Shown piece by piece: positions 27,764 through 40,546 of a stretch of 64,000 nucleotides of DNA. Source of the DNA: Daphnia carinata (lineage: Eukaryota); contig NC_081331.1 in assembly GCF_022539665.2 (NCBI RefSeq), positions 1,612,001 to 1,676,000 on the forward strand, in the 5' to 3' direction. Position 1 is the stretch's first letter. Every line of letters begins with the position of its first letter. The notes beneath the pieces are model-generated. The model was not told the DNA's origin, ran no database searches, and saw only the letters and a program-made list of their open reading frames with translations. Position numbers and translations under genes: made by a program.

Positions 27764-30700
27764 TGAAAAGCTGTCACATGAAGATAAAAATAATTTTCGA
27801 TGATATATGTGTTGGCTTTACGGTAAGGAGCGCAATTCTGCTTGTTTGCCTGAAATTTCTCACGTCACTAGGGCAATTCATGAGCCGACCTATGATGTCA
27901 AACATCCTTAAAATTCCATTTATTTTTTTTATCTCTAAATTTATTCTAATAATCTAAGCTTTCCCATTATTTAGCCTATATATTATCTTTAAGTAGCTTA
28001 TTAAATATCATGTACATGGAAACCCCTTTACGCACATAACAAAAACGAAAGAAGAGGGGACCCTTTTGTATGAAGGTGTGAAAGTGGCTTGTTATGATGT
28101 CGGTAACTTAATGGACGACGTGTCTACTTTTTGAGAGTCTCTTTCTCTCTCTCTCGGGATGCGTGTGCAAGCACAACAATATTCGCTAGATCCAAATATA
28201 TATATATATATACCACAGGAAAAAAAAATAAATAATAAAAGGGCGGAGGGGGTGTTATATACGCAAGACAGATGGGAGGGAAGGGATCGTTGTTTTTGCC
28301 CTGCCACCGGGGTTATAATGTACAAGTCCATCTGTCTGCGTGACAATAACATTAGGAGCTACTGAAATTCATCGATCGTTTCATCATCGCAATATTTTGG
28401 CTGGAACATAGACGTGGTAAGATGATGTTCATTTATCGTAATCTATTTAATCATTGAAATGTCTTCCTTTTTACCATACAGGCTAACAAAAAAAAAATAA
28501 ATAACACGGACGAGTGAGTTTTTTCATTTGCCGGACCGCCAATTTCAATGACTCTTGCTGAACATGAAGGAGATAGAAAAAAAAGGAATCGGTCGTGTGT
28601 TCTTGGCACTTCAACCCTCCTCGATTTGACGTCCGGTCTCTGCCGTTGTCGCCTTATTAGGACGCAGCCAACTGTAACGTCCTTTCACTGTTTGCATCCT
28701 GTGGACTCCAGTTCGTTTAGCTAGAATGAAAATAAAATAAACAACAAAATGACGATAATGGTTTATTATAATTAAACATAGAGAGGTTGAAAGAGTCAAT
28801 AAGCATATTGACCTATATGAAAATAGTTTGGCCTGGTTGTAGCGGATTACGTGATCCGTGTCCCGTATTCGATTTGTAAAATACGATCCATTTTTCCTTT
28901 TGATTCTTTCAAAATTGGTTTTTCTCCTTTCGTTTTCGTTTGGAAAGGCCCCAAATTGGACCGTGCGAAAACAAAAGGCAGAAAACAATCAAAATTCAAA
29001 AGGCCAAATGAAAAAAGGGAACAGAATAATGTGAAAGAAAACTTTCCATTTGACGCGCCATATTGAGTTAAAAATGAACGAAAAGGTGAAAAACAGACTG
29101 GAAAATGTATCAGTGGTTCGCTCTAATATACGTAAATCGGGGAGTTAATTAGATACACGGACGATCGAACCCGTACGTTCTACATATGTAATATTGATGA
29201 CTAATTATGGTAGACGCTCGCGTGCGCCATTTGTTTCATAAAGCCTTTTGATATTAAAAAAAATAATAATATTGTACAACCAAAAGAGAAAGAATTTTCC
29301 GCTTGCCAAAGTCTGACCTCTGGCAGCAGTTATGTATGCAAACTATAATAAAATTAGAAAAAAACAGAATTTCAGCTAGCGGAAAGGAAAAATTCATTTA
29401 ATAAATATAACCTTCCACGCGAGTTTACGTGTCATCATTCCATTTGGTTCACTAATTCCGTGACACTCTTGGAACCCTCCCTTTTCCCTCTTCAAAAGGA
29501 AAAAAAAGGGAACAAAATTAGTTCTAGCGAAAATATTAAAGCTAATCCCGACCGAAAATTGGGAGGTGCAATCCAATTTATCTGGAACAAGAAACCATTA
29601 AAACGCATTTCTATATTTTTGAACGGACCGTTTCTTTTAAAAACATTTTCCGTTTTCCTTCAAAAATGGGATCTTATTATACAATATAGAAAAGGGAAAA
29701 TTTAATAATTGCAACCAAATCGCATCCAATTCTCTTTTCCGCCTTGTAAATGTAGACGTCCAAAAATGGCATCCAGAATGCCCTTCCAGCGCCATCGTAG
29801 GAAAAAACAAAAAAACAAATTTACGTCCGCTCCTCCCGGCACGCACAGCACGGACGGGCACGCACAATTTCAGCACGATTCAATCATGACGTACGCTTAC
29901 ACGCACAGTACAGTATATCTTTTTTTTTTTGGCGTTCCATGATGGCTTTATCTGCGCTGCCGACAGCGTTTGGGTGTCTCCCCTTGGCAACGGAGTAATT
30001 TCATGCGAAAATTCTAAATGATAACCGAGAAAATTGGTATAATACAAAAAAACAAAAGCGGTTAGGACAAGTTCGAATTCGATAACGAACCAATGATTAA
30101 CTCAAGAGGTGGGGAAAAATTTAAATAAGGCGGTTAAGAAAGTTTTCGTTTGCAGGGTAGGTTTAAAAGAAAAGAAGGAGGAGGAATTGGGATTTAATCA
30201 AATTCTTTAAATTTAATGAAATGCCGGGAAATGTGAACGGACTTTGTTTCACAAAAAAAAATAAGAGAAAATACCTCCCCGAAGGTGAAAAGAAAAAGCC
30301 CAATTCCTTTGGTGTGAAGGATATGCGTGTAGTTTACACAGAGAGTGGCACATATCAGCGCATCGTTGATGGAAATGAGTTATTATGAATACACACATAC
30401 CTCTATCCCCCTCCCCCTTTCTTTATTTCCTGGACAAAGGATATCCAAACAAGTCCGGATGTAAGTCGAAAGTTGAAGACGAGTGAGGAAGACATTCACG
30501 TACAATGGACTTGGTTACCCTGTCCCCTAAGGTCATAAAATCATTAGCGATAAAGGATTTTGACTGATCGTGTGAGATTGAAATTATATAAATTGCCAAG
30601 CTCTCGAGTTTCTATCTGGCGGTTGAAGGACTCTGGAAAAAAGGAAAACCTTTTTTAGTTTGATTTGTTTTTATTTCAACGAAGAGGAAATGGAGCGGAG

Positions 30701-33700
30701 TCGTTGACGAGCCGAACAGCAGGACATCACCTGATTATTATTCTGTTTTTCTCATCACAACGTGAGCGAACAAACTCGGACGACAAAGCTAAAGAAACTT
30801 ACAAACAAATGAAGGCCAACAAACTCTCGCGTGGGAGGAACGACGTGCATTGCAACTGTTCGTTGTGTGGTATATAATTATCTACACAGCGCGTACAAAT
30901 ACCACGATACGCGTACAGTACAAATACCTGGAAGGCCTGACTTCCGCTAAAATCTTTCTCCCACCAAACGCATTTTTGTTTTTCTGTTTTTCGAATCTTC
31001 CGGACTGATTTTTCATGTCTTTAACTAGACTGTGTATATGGCTCTATATACGAATAATAATCAACATTTTTTTTTTTTTTTTATCCTGCGCTGAATGGAC
31101 GATCTCGTCTATCAGGGAAAGAGACAGCAGGAGAAGATATGGGCAGTCCTTATTAGAAAATGGCGGTTGCTGCTGCTGCTCCGCATAAGTTTTAAAAAAT
31201 ATGGGGATATGGTATTTTTACACGCAGAAGATTCGAAATGATTGAATCGCTGGACGGCCAAAATTTATTGCACGTATCCCCATTGTTTTGTTTTTTCCCT
31301 TTTGATTACGTTGCCGAGAGGCAGAACAATAAGGCCAGCCCTCTATTCCCGTTTAGTATATGACTGTGCGGGAAAGCTCCTCCCAAACCTGATGAGATGC
31401 TTTCGGGAATTTCGATTTTTGTTTCAGATTGGAATAGAAAAAAATAACTAGGTTTTTTTGGGTTGATAATTTATTTTTTCTTCAAGTCTAGACAAATAAC
31501 ATTTTCATTGAATTTCACTGTCATGCAAGCCGAAATTTCAAAACTGGAAAGTTGTAATTAACTGTGTACTACTTGCATTACATACATTAGTAAAAGATAA
31601 CTTTATCTTGTTTTTCAAGTTGCGATCCATTTGCAATTAAAGAATATTCCAACGGAAATCAGTGGTTCTAATCAAATCAATTGCAAGTAATACCCTGAAA
31701 AAGAATACAGAAAGGCTAACCATAAAAGTCTATCGATGACATAAAAAGAAAAAAACCGCCCTCTTAACCGAGAAGACGTTTGCCCTTTCACGATCGTTTC
31801 TTTTTTTTTTTCCCGCAGCCTTTTATACAATATACACTTGTATTATATTTGTGGCTAGCGACGTACACAATCCCACATAATAATAATAAACAGCACTGAT
31901 AAAAATGGCCACCCTCTTCTCTATGTGTAATGTTCGCTTGCGTTTTTTTTTGTGTTGATAGTGCTGGTAGTTTTTGGTGGCGTGTTGATTGGATGGGATT
32001 GGCTCGAGTGGGCACCCGGGGAACAATTGAGATGGCTCGTGCTCGCTGCAATCGTTTGCTCGCCTTCCTTTTTTGCTTCCACTCTATTTTATACCACTTT
32101 CAAATAGAAGAAGAGACAGATATAGAAGACTACAATAAGAGCACGGAATCAAATATACAATCCCTTTTCCATCATTCCCTAGCGCGTCGCCAAAATCCCT
32201 TTTGATTGTATAACATAAGAAACGCGTAGCACACGTAACAGAGAGAGAATATCAGTGGCAAAAGTCGACTGTGCTAGGACGTCTCATAACTTTTTTTTGT
32301 GGCCGAGCAGCGTGATCGAGCGCCATTGTCAACCCTCTTTGATATTTCTCTTTTTGTTCGTAACATTATACATCATGAAAAGGGACTGGAAGGAGGTGAC
32401 AATAGCTGAAAGCAGAAAAACAGTGTGGATACAACGATGGAGTGTAGGAGGAGTGGAGTCACCAGAGGGAGGAGTCAGCTTTTCACGATGTGTGTATGTG
32501 TGTGACAGTGTGATCAATACAACACGCAGAGCAACGTCTGCAACGTCGACATCGTACAGTCGTGAGTTTTGTGAGTACATCTTTCATCGTCTTCTGCCAT
32601 ATTTGTGTAATGACGTGAACAATGCTTTATGATTGTTAGGTTTATTAGATTTCAAAGTGCAATAAACTGTAATAGATGAACGAAGAACTTGACCTCTGAT
32701 CGTAAAGCTTTCGCCAAAAAGTTGTACTTTATAGGGTGTCATATTGCACGCGAAACTGATGATGAACGATGACTACACACTGTTCGATACGACCACTACG
32801 CATAACTTACAATCTAGCAAACCTTACCTATTGATTACGTGCTATTTATCTGATTTAGAAAGCTCACAAAGTTTGAAGAAGTCAACTTTATTGTATGAAT
32901 CATCATTAACGAGATATTGGCAGAGCCTCTATAGCAGTTAACACGATCATTGTTTGCGTGACAACATCCCGAAAAGAAAATATATATATGTATACATTCG
33001 CTATAGTTTGTATTGCGATCACCCTCTTCCAGACATAGATGCTCTTATCTTTAAAAAAAAAAAACATAGATAGAACGTTTCGAGGTGATTTATACGAGAC
33101 GTGACGCTCTCAGAAGAAAATTCATTCAATCTTCGATGGGATCATCAGATTTCCATCCGCTTCACAGTCTCAACACCCCTCGCCCCATTTTTATTATATA
33201 ACAAGCCTTCCCAACTGCATGTAACGAGTGTTATAACGCACGTATACAAGTGTTAAAGATTTAGCCTGATTTTAGAAGAAGATTTAAAGTTACGTGTTTA
33301 CAAAAGAAAGGATGATGAACGATGAATTTTTTTTCCTCAGACTCTGTTGAGGGATTCTTTCAAAAAAGCATCTCAGCTGTTATGTGACAGGCCAGAGAAC
33401 AAATACAGTCTTGTGATCTTCTTTTTGTCCTTCCCCAACAAAAACAAGAAGATGGTCAAGAGAGCATTTCGATCGACCACAGCAACTCCCTAGTGATGTT
33501 GCAAGGGTAATATATCTACGTAATATAAATCCTTGTTTCCCTTTTTTTTTTTTGCTTCCCCTCTTTATATAAAACATCCTCTTCTTTTCCATTTTTTTTT
33601 TTTCGACTATTTGTCACCGAGGATTTTCCGCACCCGTAACGACACCCACCGCACCGCGCACGTACAACCACGTTTTCATGGAGAAGATAGAAAAAAAGGC

Positions 33701-36700
33701 ACTTTTATTATTGATCCTCCATCTCTTCTTGTTGTTTCACCCTATGACCAGCAGATAAAAGAATAAAAAATCGTTGTTTTGTCCTAGATTTTTTTCTTTT
33801 TTTTTTGCTTTCCATACTAGTTTTGCGTTCTCCATAAGTGAGCTGTGTGTAGTGCGTCCTTTTCGTTATTGCTTGTATATATAGTGTTGAGCCGTACGAT
33901 CGCTATAAAAGCTTATGGCTTACAGAGAATAACATCAGCCTTTTTGAGTTCCACGCGGATTACAAGTCCCTCATCATTCCCCATATAAATCCCCTTCAGT
34001 TGTTGATGACCCTCTTTGCCACTGATTGTCTCTCTTCGCTCTTTTGGTTGTTTGTTGTTGTGTGCGTGTGTGTGTGTATATTGTATACATATAGATTAAG
34101 AGATGTCAACGTAACCGAAGCCACCATTTTTCTATCATCCGAAAACACCATGGCCACTAATTCTGCGCACATAACTTGTTTTTGGCGTAATGCCCCACCC
34201 AGAAAAAAGGGCACTTCATTTTTCTCTTTTTCTATTTTATCGGTGGGAAAAGGTTCGCTGTAAATCGATCGATTTTATTTTTTCATACTCATTTTCCATG
34301 GCGGCTATTAATATTAATCTTAATTCCTGGCAAGTTGTACGTGTTCCACGAATATCGTAAGGCTGTCTATTTAATAGAGCAGTTAATGACTTCATGGCAA
34401 ACATATAAATGTCTCGGCGAATAAGACGTAAATGAGGACTATGTGTGCTTGCACGTCCGGTCATCCCCCTAAAGACGTGAGTGTTTCTGATGAGATTTCT
34501 CTTTCGTGTCGGATGACATATTAAATGACGTACCCTTTTCCACCCCTTTTTTTCCCCTCCTCTGTGTGTCTAGCGTGTTTATTCGGGTTGACAATCTCAT
34601 TGGACATCGAGAAGAAAAGGGTATAAACTCAGCCTCAAAGATTATTCAGAGCCTTGTCGTTCAGACAGCGGCCACGTGACTCTGTTCTGCCTATAAACAT
34701 CAAAGAAGACAAAGAACTAAAAAGGAATCTTTAAATTTTTTTTTTTCTGGAACGTGTAGATCGATTATTCCATCAGCTTCGATTTTTACGTGAGTAGGGA
34801 TTTTCTTCAATTACGTCTCATGGCTTTTGTTTTTGTATAGCATGATGACTTTTCTTGTAGTTGCGACAGGCAAGCTTAATTTACCTAAAGAAGTTGACGT
34901 GATCACATACACGTTAATATTAGCTATCCTTCACGTTTGTTTTCTGTGCACGTTAGACTCGTGACTAAGAAGGTTGTTCCAAAAAGATATAAGGTTTTTA
35001 AAAGAAACAACAAAATTCTACTAGATTCAAGTTATCAGCGCCAAAGGGATAGAATCTTATCTACCGCTCTGATCTTTCTCTTGTTTAATAGACTGCTACG
35101 TGTTATGTGGAGTCCATTTAACGTGTTGTTATCCTTTAGGTACTGTATACGCATCTAACAGTCTCCCCTCTATACAGAATTCATTTCCCCCCATAGTTTT
35201 AATTTCTTTTTTTCTTCAAAACTTTGTTTTTTAAAAGAATGAGACGTAGGGGATATCTTGATCTATCACGGCCCAGGAGGGGGGGCAGCTTTAGCCCAGT
35301 CATCCCAAAGACCAGAAGGTTTCGATTTAAATAAGATAATCTATTTTCCCGCCTTCTATATTTCTCTTCAGCTCCTCCTCCTCTTATAATTCCTCCTGTT
35401 CTTCCCTTCTCATTTCTTAAAGACGAATTGTAATATACAACTGTCCAATTGCTTTCAAAGCAGCGGAAAATAAAGTGTTGCTTCCCTTTTTCTTTTTTTT
35501 TTCTTTTTGGTGGCTTCCAGCCGACTTTTAACTGAACCAGCAACACAATAAACCAATCGACTAAAAACATTTTCTCGTTGGCCTTTTTTTTTTTTATTTT
35601 TTACTTGAGGGAATTCCTTCATCATCGTCATTACACACAACGGGATAAAAAAAAAAAAAAAGAAGTCGAATCAATCAACATTCTTTGTGTTTAGAAAAGC
35701 CGCAAAAGTTGGATGATGACGTACGCGACTTTCATTTGAAACACGAAACAAACAGCAGGGCACACGCGTGTCCCGAGCCGTTTTAGATACAACGCGCATT
35801 GATACAAGTCGACTCTCTTGTTCTAATGACCATCAAAGAATGTTCAGATTATTTTTCTTTTCGTTTCGATCGCTAGTGAGACACAATTGAGTTTTATCGC
35901 ACAATAGAGGATTTTTTGAAAAAAAAAAATAAAAAGGTGAGCGATGTGGGGCGGAGGCCAATGGAAGGTGAATAGGTACCAAACAGAGTCATCGTCCTGA
36001 CGTTAAGGGAACAAAGCGACACACGCAGAAACCGTTAATCACAACAAATGAGAAAACGGTCGGGACGGCAGGTGAAGCATTTTGAAAAAAAGGAATCATT
36101 TCGTAATAAGAAAGAGGGAAAAGAAAAAAAAAAATATGCATTTAAATTCATGGGGAACGTTTCAATTGAGTTTCACAAATTTTCAAGGCCCTTTTCAAAT
36201 GAGGAGGTAGGGCCAGGTAAATAGACGCTATTATTTTTGCTTACCTCTTTGGAAGAAGCGGATAGTTTTGACAGAAATGATGAAACTGTGACCTTGAAAA
36301 TTGGATCGACAAAAAGAACGGAGGACAGTCATGTGGAATTTACCTTTTGCTTAATGCAGATGAACGGTGGCCCTAATTGTCACCTGGGGTGTTGTCTCAC
36401 CCTCAAAAAGAAAAAAAGGCAAAATTGCGCAGTAGATGAGAAAAAAATATATATAGAAAGGAAGACAAAGCGCAACAGCAGCTAAACACGACGAGGAAAA
36501 TGAAAATAACCAAAATGTGCACAGGTGTGGAATCATCGTAGGTGATGGGTAGAGAAAAAAAATAGGAAAAATGTTATGACTCTATTATCATAAATCAAGT
36601 AGATGCAATTGAAACGAAGTGGGATGACACGATAGGTTATATACTATTATCAAAACTTGTATATAGAAGGCCATTGCAATGATGAGAGGTAAAAAGAAAA

Positions 36701-39700
36701 GCTTCGAATAATAATATTTTTAAAAACTATGAAAGGGGGGGGGGGGGGAACAAGACAAAACAAAAGAAGAGAATTCAAAGTCATAACGGCTAGGTCGTGA
36801 TGGCTCCAAACTTCTTTTTTTCCCTCTATTCTTATAGAGAGAAACCCCCCCCCCAAAAAAAAAAAAAAAAAAAAGGGCTATATATCTATGATGATGATGA
36901 TGTGAGAGGCCAATCTGTTTTGTTTCCCTCAATTGTCCCGGATCCATTAATCACACGCTCGACACGCGGCCACAAAAAAAAAAGGGGGCAACGAAACGGG
37001 TAAAAAAAAAAGTACGTAGAGGTTAGATTTTTTTTTTTTATTAAAAAGGTAACAAAAATATGAAATTAAAAGTAAATAGGGTGGCAGACAAGGATAAGCG
37101 TGTACACGGAGAAGCGGATTAAACATTCAAAATATAAGGAATTTAGGTACTTACACTAAATTGGTTAACAAACTTAACTGTTACGTGTGAAAAAATGGTT
37201 GAAAAAAGGAAACAGATCGATACATTATTTGATTTATTTCTTTCATTTCGTGTAGATAAAAAAAAAAAAAATACGACGTCTAACGTGATTATTCGTGCAA
37301 CGTTTTTTTTTAACGACTTCCGGCATGCCAAAGGTTTTTCTTTCTCACATGTCGGTAGAAATGCACAACACTTTCCACTCGACTTGGTTTGACTCACCTG
37401 ACATCCTCTTCATTAAAGCAAGGGGTCTATGCCACTCATTTCCCGATCGAATCCAATTTTTTACACGAAATAATTCCAGTTCATCGAATGACCCACTAGT
37501 TCTTTCTGCTTGTTTACTGGAAGCGAGGAGACATTATTGAATTGGACCTTGGCCACCGTTTTTCCAAATCCAAGTGGGTTCCAAACCCCACGACAACATG
37601 AAAACTAATAATAAAGCAAAAGAAAAAAGAAGGTGAAATTGGAGATGTCTTAAAAAAAAAAAAAGAAAACGTCTATAAAGGCGAAGGGAAATGAAATCTC
37701 GTATAATTTCTTTATAGCATGAAAAACGTCATTTTTAAAATTGTGTGTCTATATTTTCTTATTACCTCCTAATGGTTTTTGTCTTTCTTCTTCGTACACC
37801 TCACAAATGCTGACAAAAGTTACGACATAGTCTCTTATAAAGACCCTATTGTTCGAGCACCAAGTGTTGATGCTTTTGGCACACAAACACACTAATGCCC
37901 CATTTATGTGATAACAGCTGATTGTGCATTCTTCCACGGACTGCTCGTACAATCAACGGAGAAACAGCTCTCAGCTATAGAAGAAACCAGGTCCATCTTA
38001 ATAGACACATATTTGTTCGCTGGCATTTGCGTATGGGGTTAGATTCTATACATGCCCCCTACATATGATGCGCTCGAATTATTCATATACACTAACACAC
38101 CCCTTACATTATATGGAGGATGACTGGCGGAGCCGGAATGATGGAAGACTTTTTGGGTGTTTGGTGTTACTTGTCAGCAACTCGGGTGTGAATACCAGTG
38201 GCACATATTTATACGTAAATAAGTTCCACGTCTTTTCTTTTTCAGATTAAAGAGCTTGTGTATGGTTTACGTACACGACTTTCCCTACATCATACGCAGA
38301 AGGGCTGTTGATATGATCGGTGGATGGTGAGATGATTGTGTGTCCTTGCCGTGTAATTAAGTAGCAAATCAGAGCACGGAATGTTCCACTCCATCAGGCC
38401 GGATAATCAGCTTCACACCACGTCCCACCTGCTGGCCTTATATTTTCTCCTCACTATGTATCCCCAAACGGCTGCGACTAGTTAAAGATTTATATATATT
38501 CACCTGCTGTCGTTACTACATAAGCCCTTAAAGAAAACTTCTAGCAATTGGATCATCAAATTTCATCCAACCGTATAATAATAACTCAATAAACAGCAGC
38601 CAGCGCGAGTCAGCTGACGTGTTCCGCCCATTTGCACCCGTTTGCTTCTATCCGCTCCCATCGTTTCTCCGCACTTCTAGATGAAGTTATAATCCAATTT
38701 TTATATCTATACTCATTACGCAGATACACACTATGTGTGTGTGTGTACGGTCATGAAAAAAAAAAGTTAGTTCACATCTATACCTGAGAATGAAGTGAGT
38801 TTACCGGTCATAATGTTTTCCACGCAACAGTTTTGTCCGCGGTGGCCGCAGCAGGTAACCAAAAAAAACATTTATTTATTTACTATTATTATTATTTCTT
38901 CCCCCTTCTTTCTGTTCTATCCGCATGACGACTCTATTATTCTCTCAATTTTTTTTTTTTTCGTGGTATACAAATGAGAGCGCGGGGTACCGCAACATGT
39001 CGGTTCTTCCAATTTCTCGTTTCACCCCACCACCACTTTCCGACCGCAAGGCCTGTACACGCCCTTCGCTCAGCAACCAGGTGCGATAATTAATAGAGTT
39101 ATGCAGTCTAGTAGCTCAAGAAGCAAAACATCTTTTTTTTTCTTTTTTTTCTGGTTGACCTCAAACGAGTCGGTGCCGTATTTCTCATCAATTGGAATTC
39201 CCGCGCTGCTTGGACGGCCCACCATTTTTCACGGTTTTCATTTATTACACACACAGCGGCAGGTACATATACAAGCTTACCTACATATATGGGGTAAATA
39301 CATAGACACACACTAATAGAAGGCTTTTTACAATTTTCTGTTCTTGTTTTTGTTGTTGAATGTCAAGACGAGCGGCGGCAAAGTGAAGAAGGAGGAAATG
39401 GAAACATTAAGAAATAATCATCTTTCTATACTGCGTTTTGCTGCAAGTGCGGGAAACGCAAAAAAAAGGGAGAAATATAGAACAACGTAGTTTTTTTTTT
39501 CACTTGTATGATGGTCGGTAGCTGTGCAGGGTGGCGGCATCGGATAAGAGCCCCGCTCCCCCCTTGTTCTAACATAATCTGACTGACGTTTAGTACATCC
39601 AGTCGGCATACAACATCCGGTGCTATCTTCTTTTTCATTAAAAATATTTTGAAAAAAACTAGTGAAAATGAAGAGGTTACCTATGGTAGCTGTTACTGCA

Positions 39701-40514
39701 TATAGCACATGTTGTCACGGCAACAGCTAATTAAGTTATACAGCGGAGATAGAGAGACCGACAAGACACAGCGGAAGAAATTTGGGGGGGAAGAGGAATT
39801 AAAAATGAGATAATTCAATGCTGGTCCGCAACTTTGGAGAAAGAGGTGATTACTGGCGAGTTACAGACGGCAGCTTATTTATAAGTAAAAACTAATTAAC
39901 TCGGTTGTGACCTGGTTAGATGTTGTTAAGACACCACCACTTAATCAGCAAATACGCGGACGGAGGCGTGTTTTAGCAATGGCCTCTTTTGGCCATTTAA
40001 TTCAAAATTTTCAACGAAAAAAAAAAAAAGGGAAAATTCGATGAGCTTTCTCTCTCTGCTTTTAAAGCGCGCAGACGTCTAATCGTCACAAAAGCTAATG
40101 AGATTGCAGCTGGTAGTTCATTTGCATTAATAACGGGCGCTAGTTTTCCAATCAAAGGAACTAGACAAAAGAAAAATGGAGAGAGTGGCAGAGATAGACG
40201 GCAGGGCGTATAGACGGTTGCCACGGTAACAGCATAGACACATATTCCTTGATCCCGAAAGGGCTGGGCGAAAACTGCTGTTCAGATTGCCGACATGCAA
40301 AACCCGTCAATTTATCGCATCTAAACTGGCGGGGAAATTATTGATACTAATCATAGCCTGCCTGCCAAAACAATATTATTACACATATTCTTTTTTTTTT
40401 TTTTTTGTTTACCTCCTCGTTCCTTCTTAAGACACGCTCACCTCTTATATTCATAAATTAGCCGGGAGGTGCACGAATCCCTTTTTTTTTTTCCTTCAGT
40501 TCAACATCGGCTTA

Positions 40515-40540
<26 letters not shown>
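40515..40540. repeat. (CT)13 microsatellite
   Basis: Direct reading. Confidence 0.9.
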
Positions 40541-40546
<6 letters not shown>

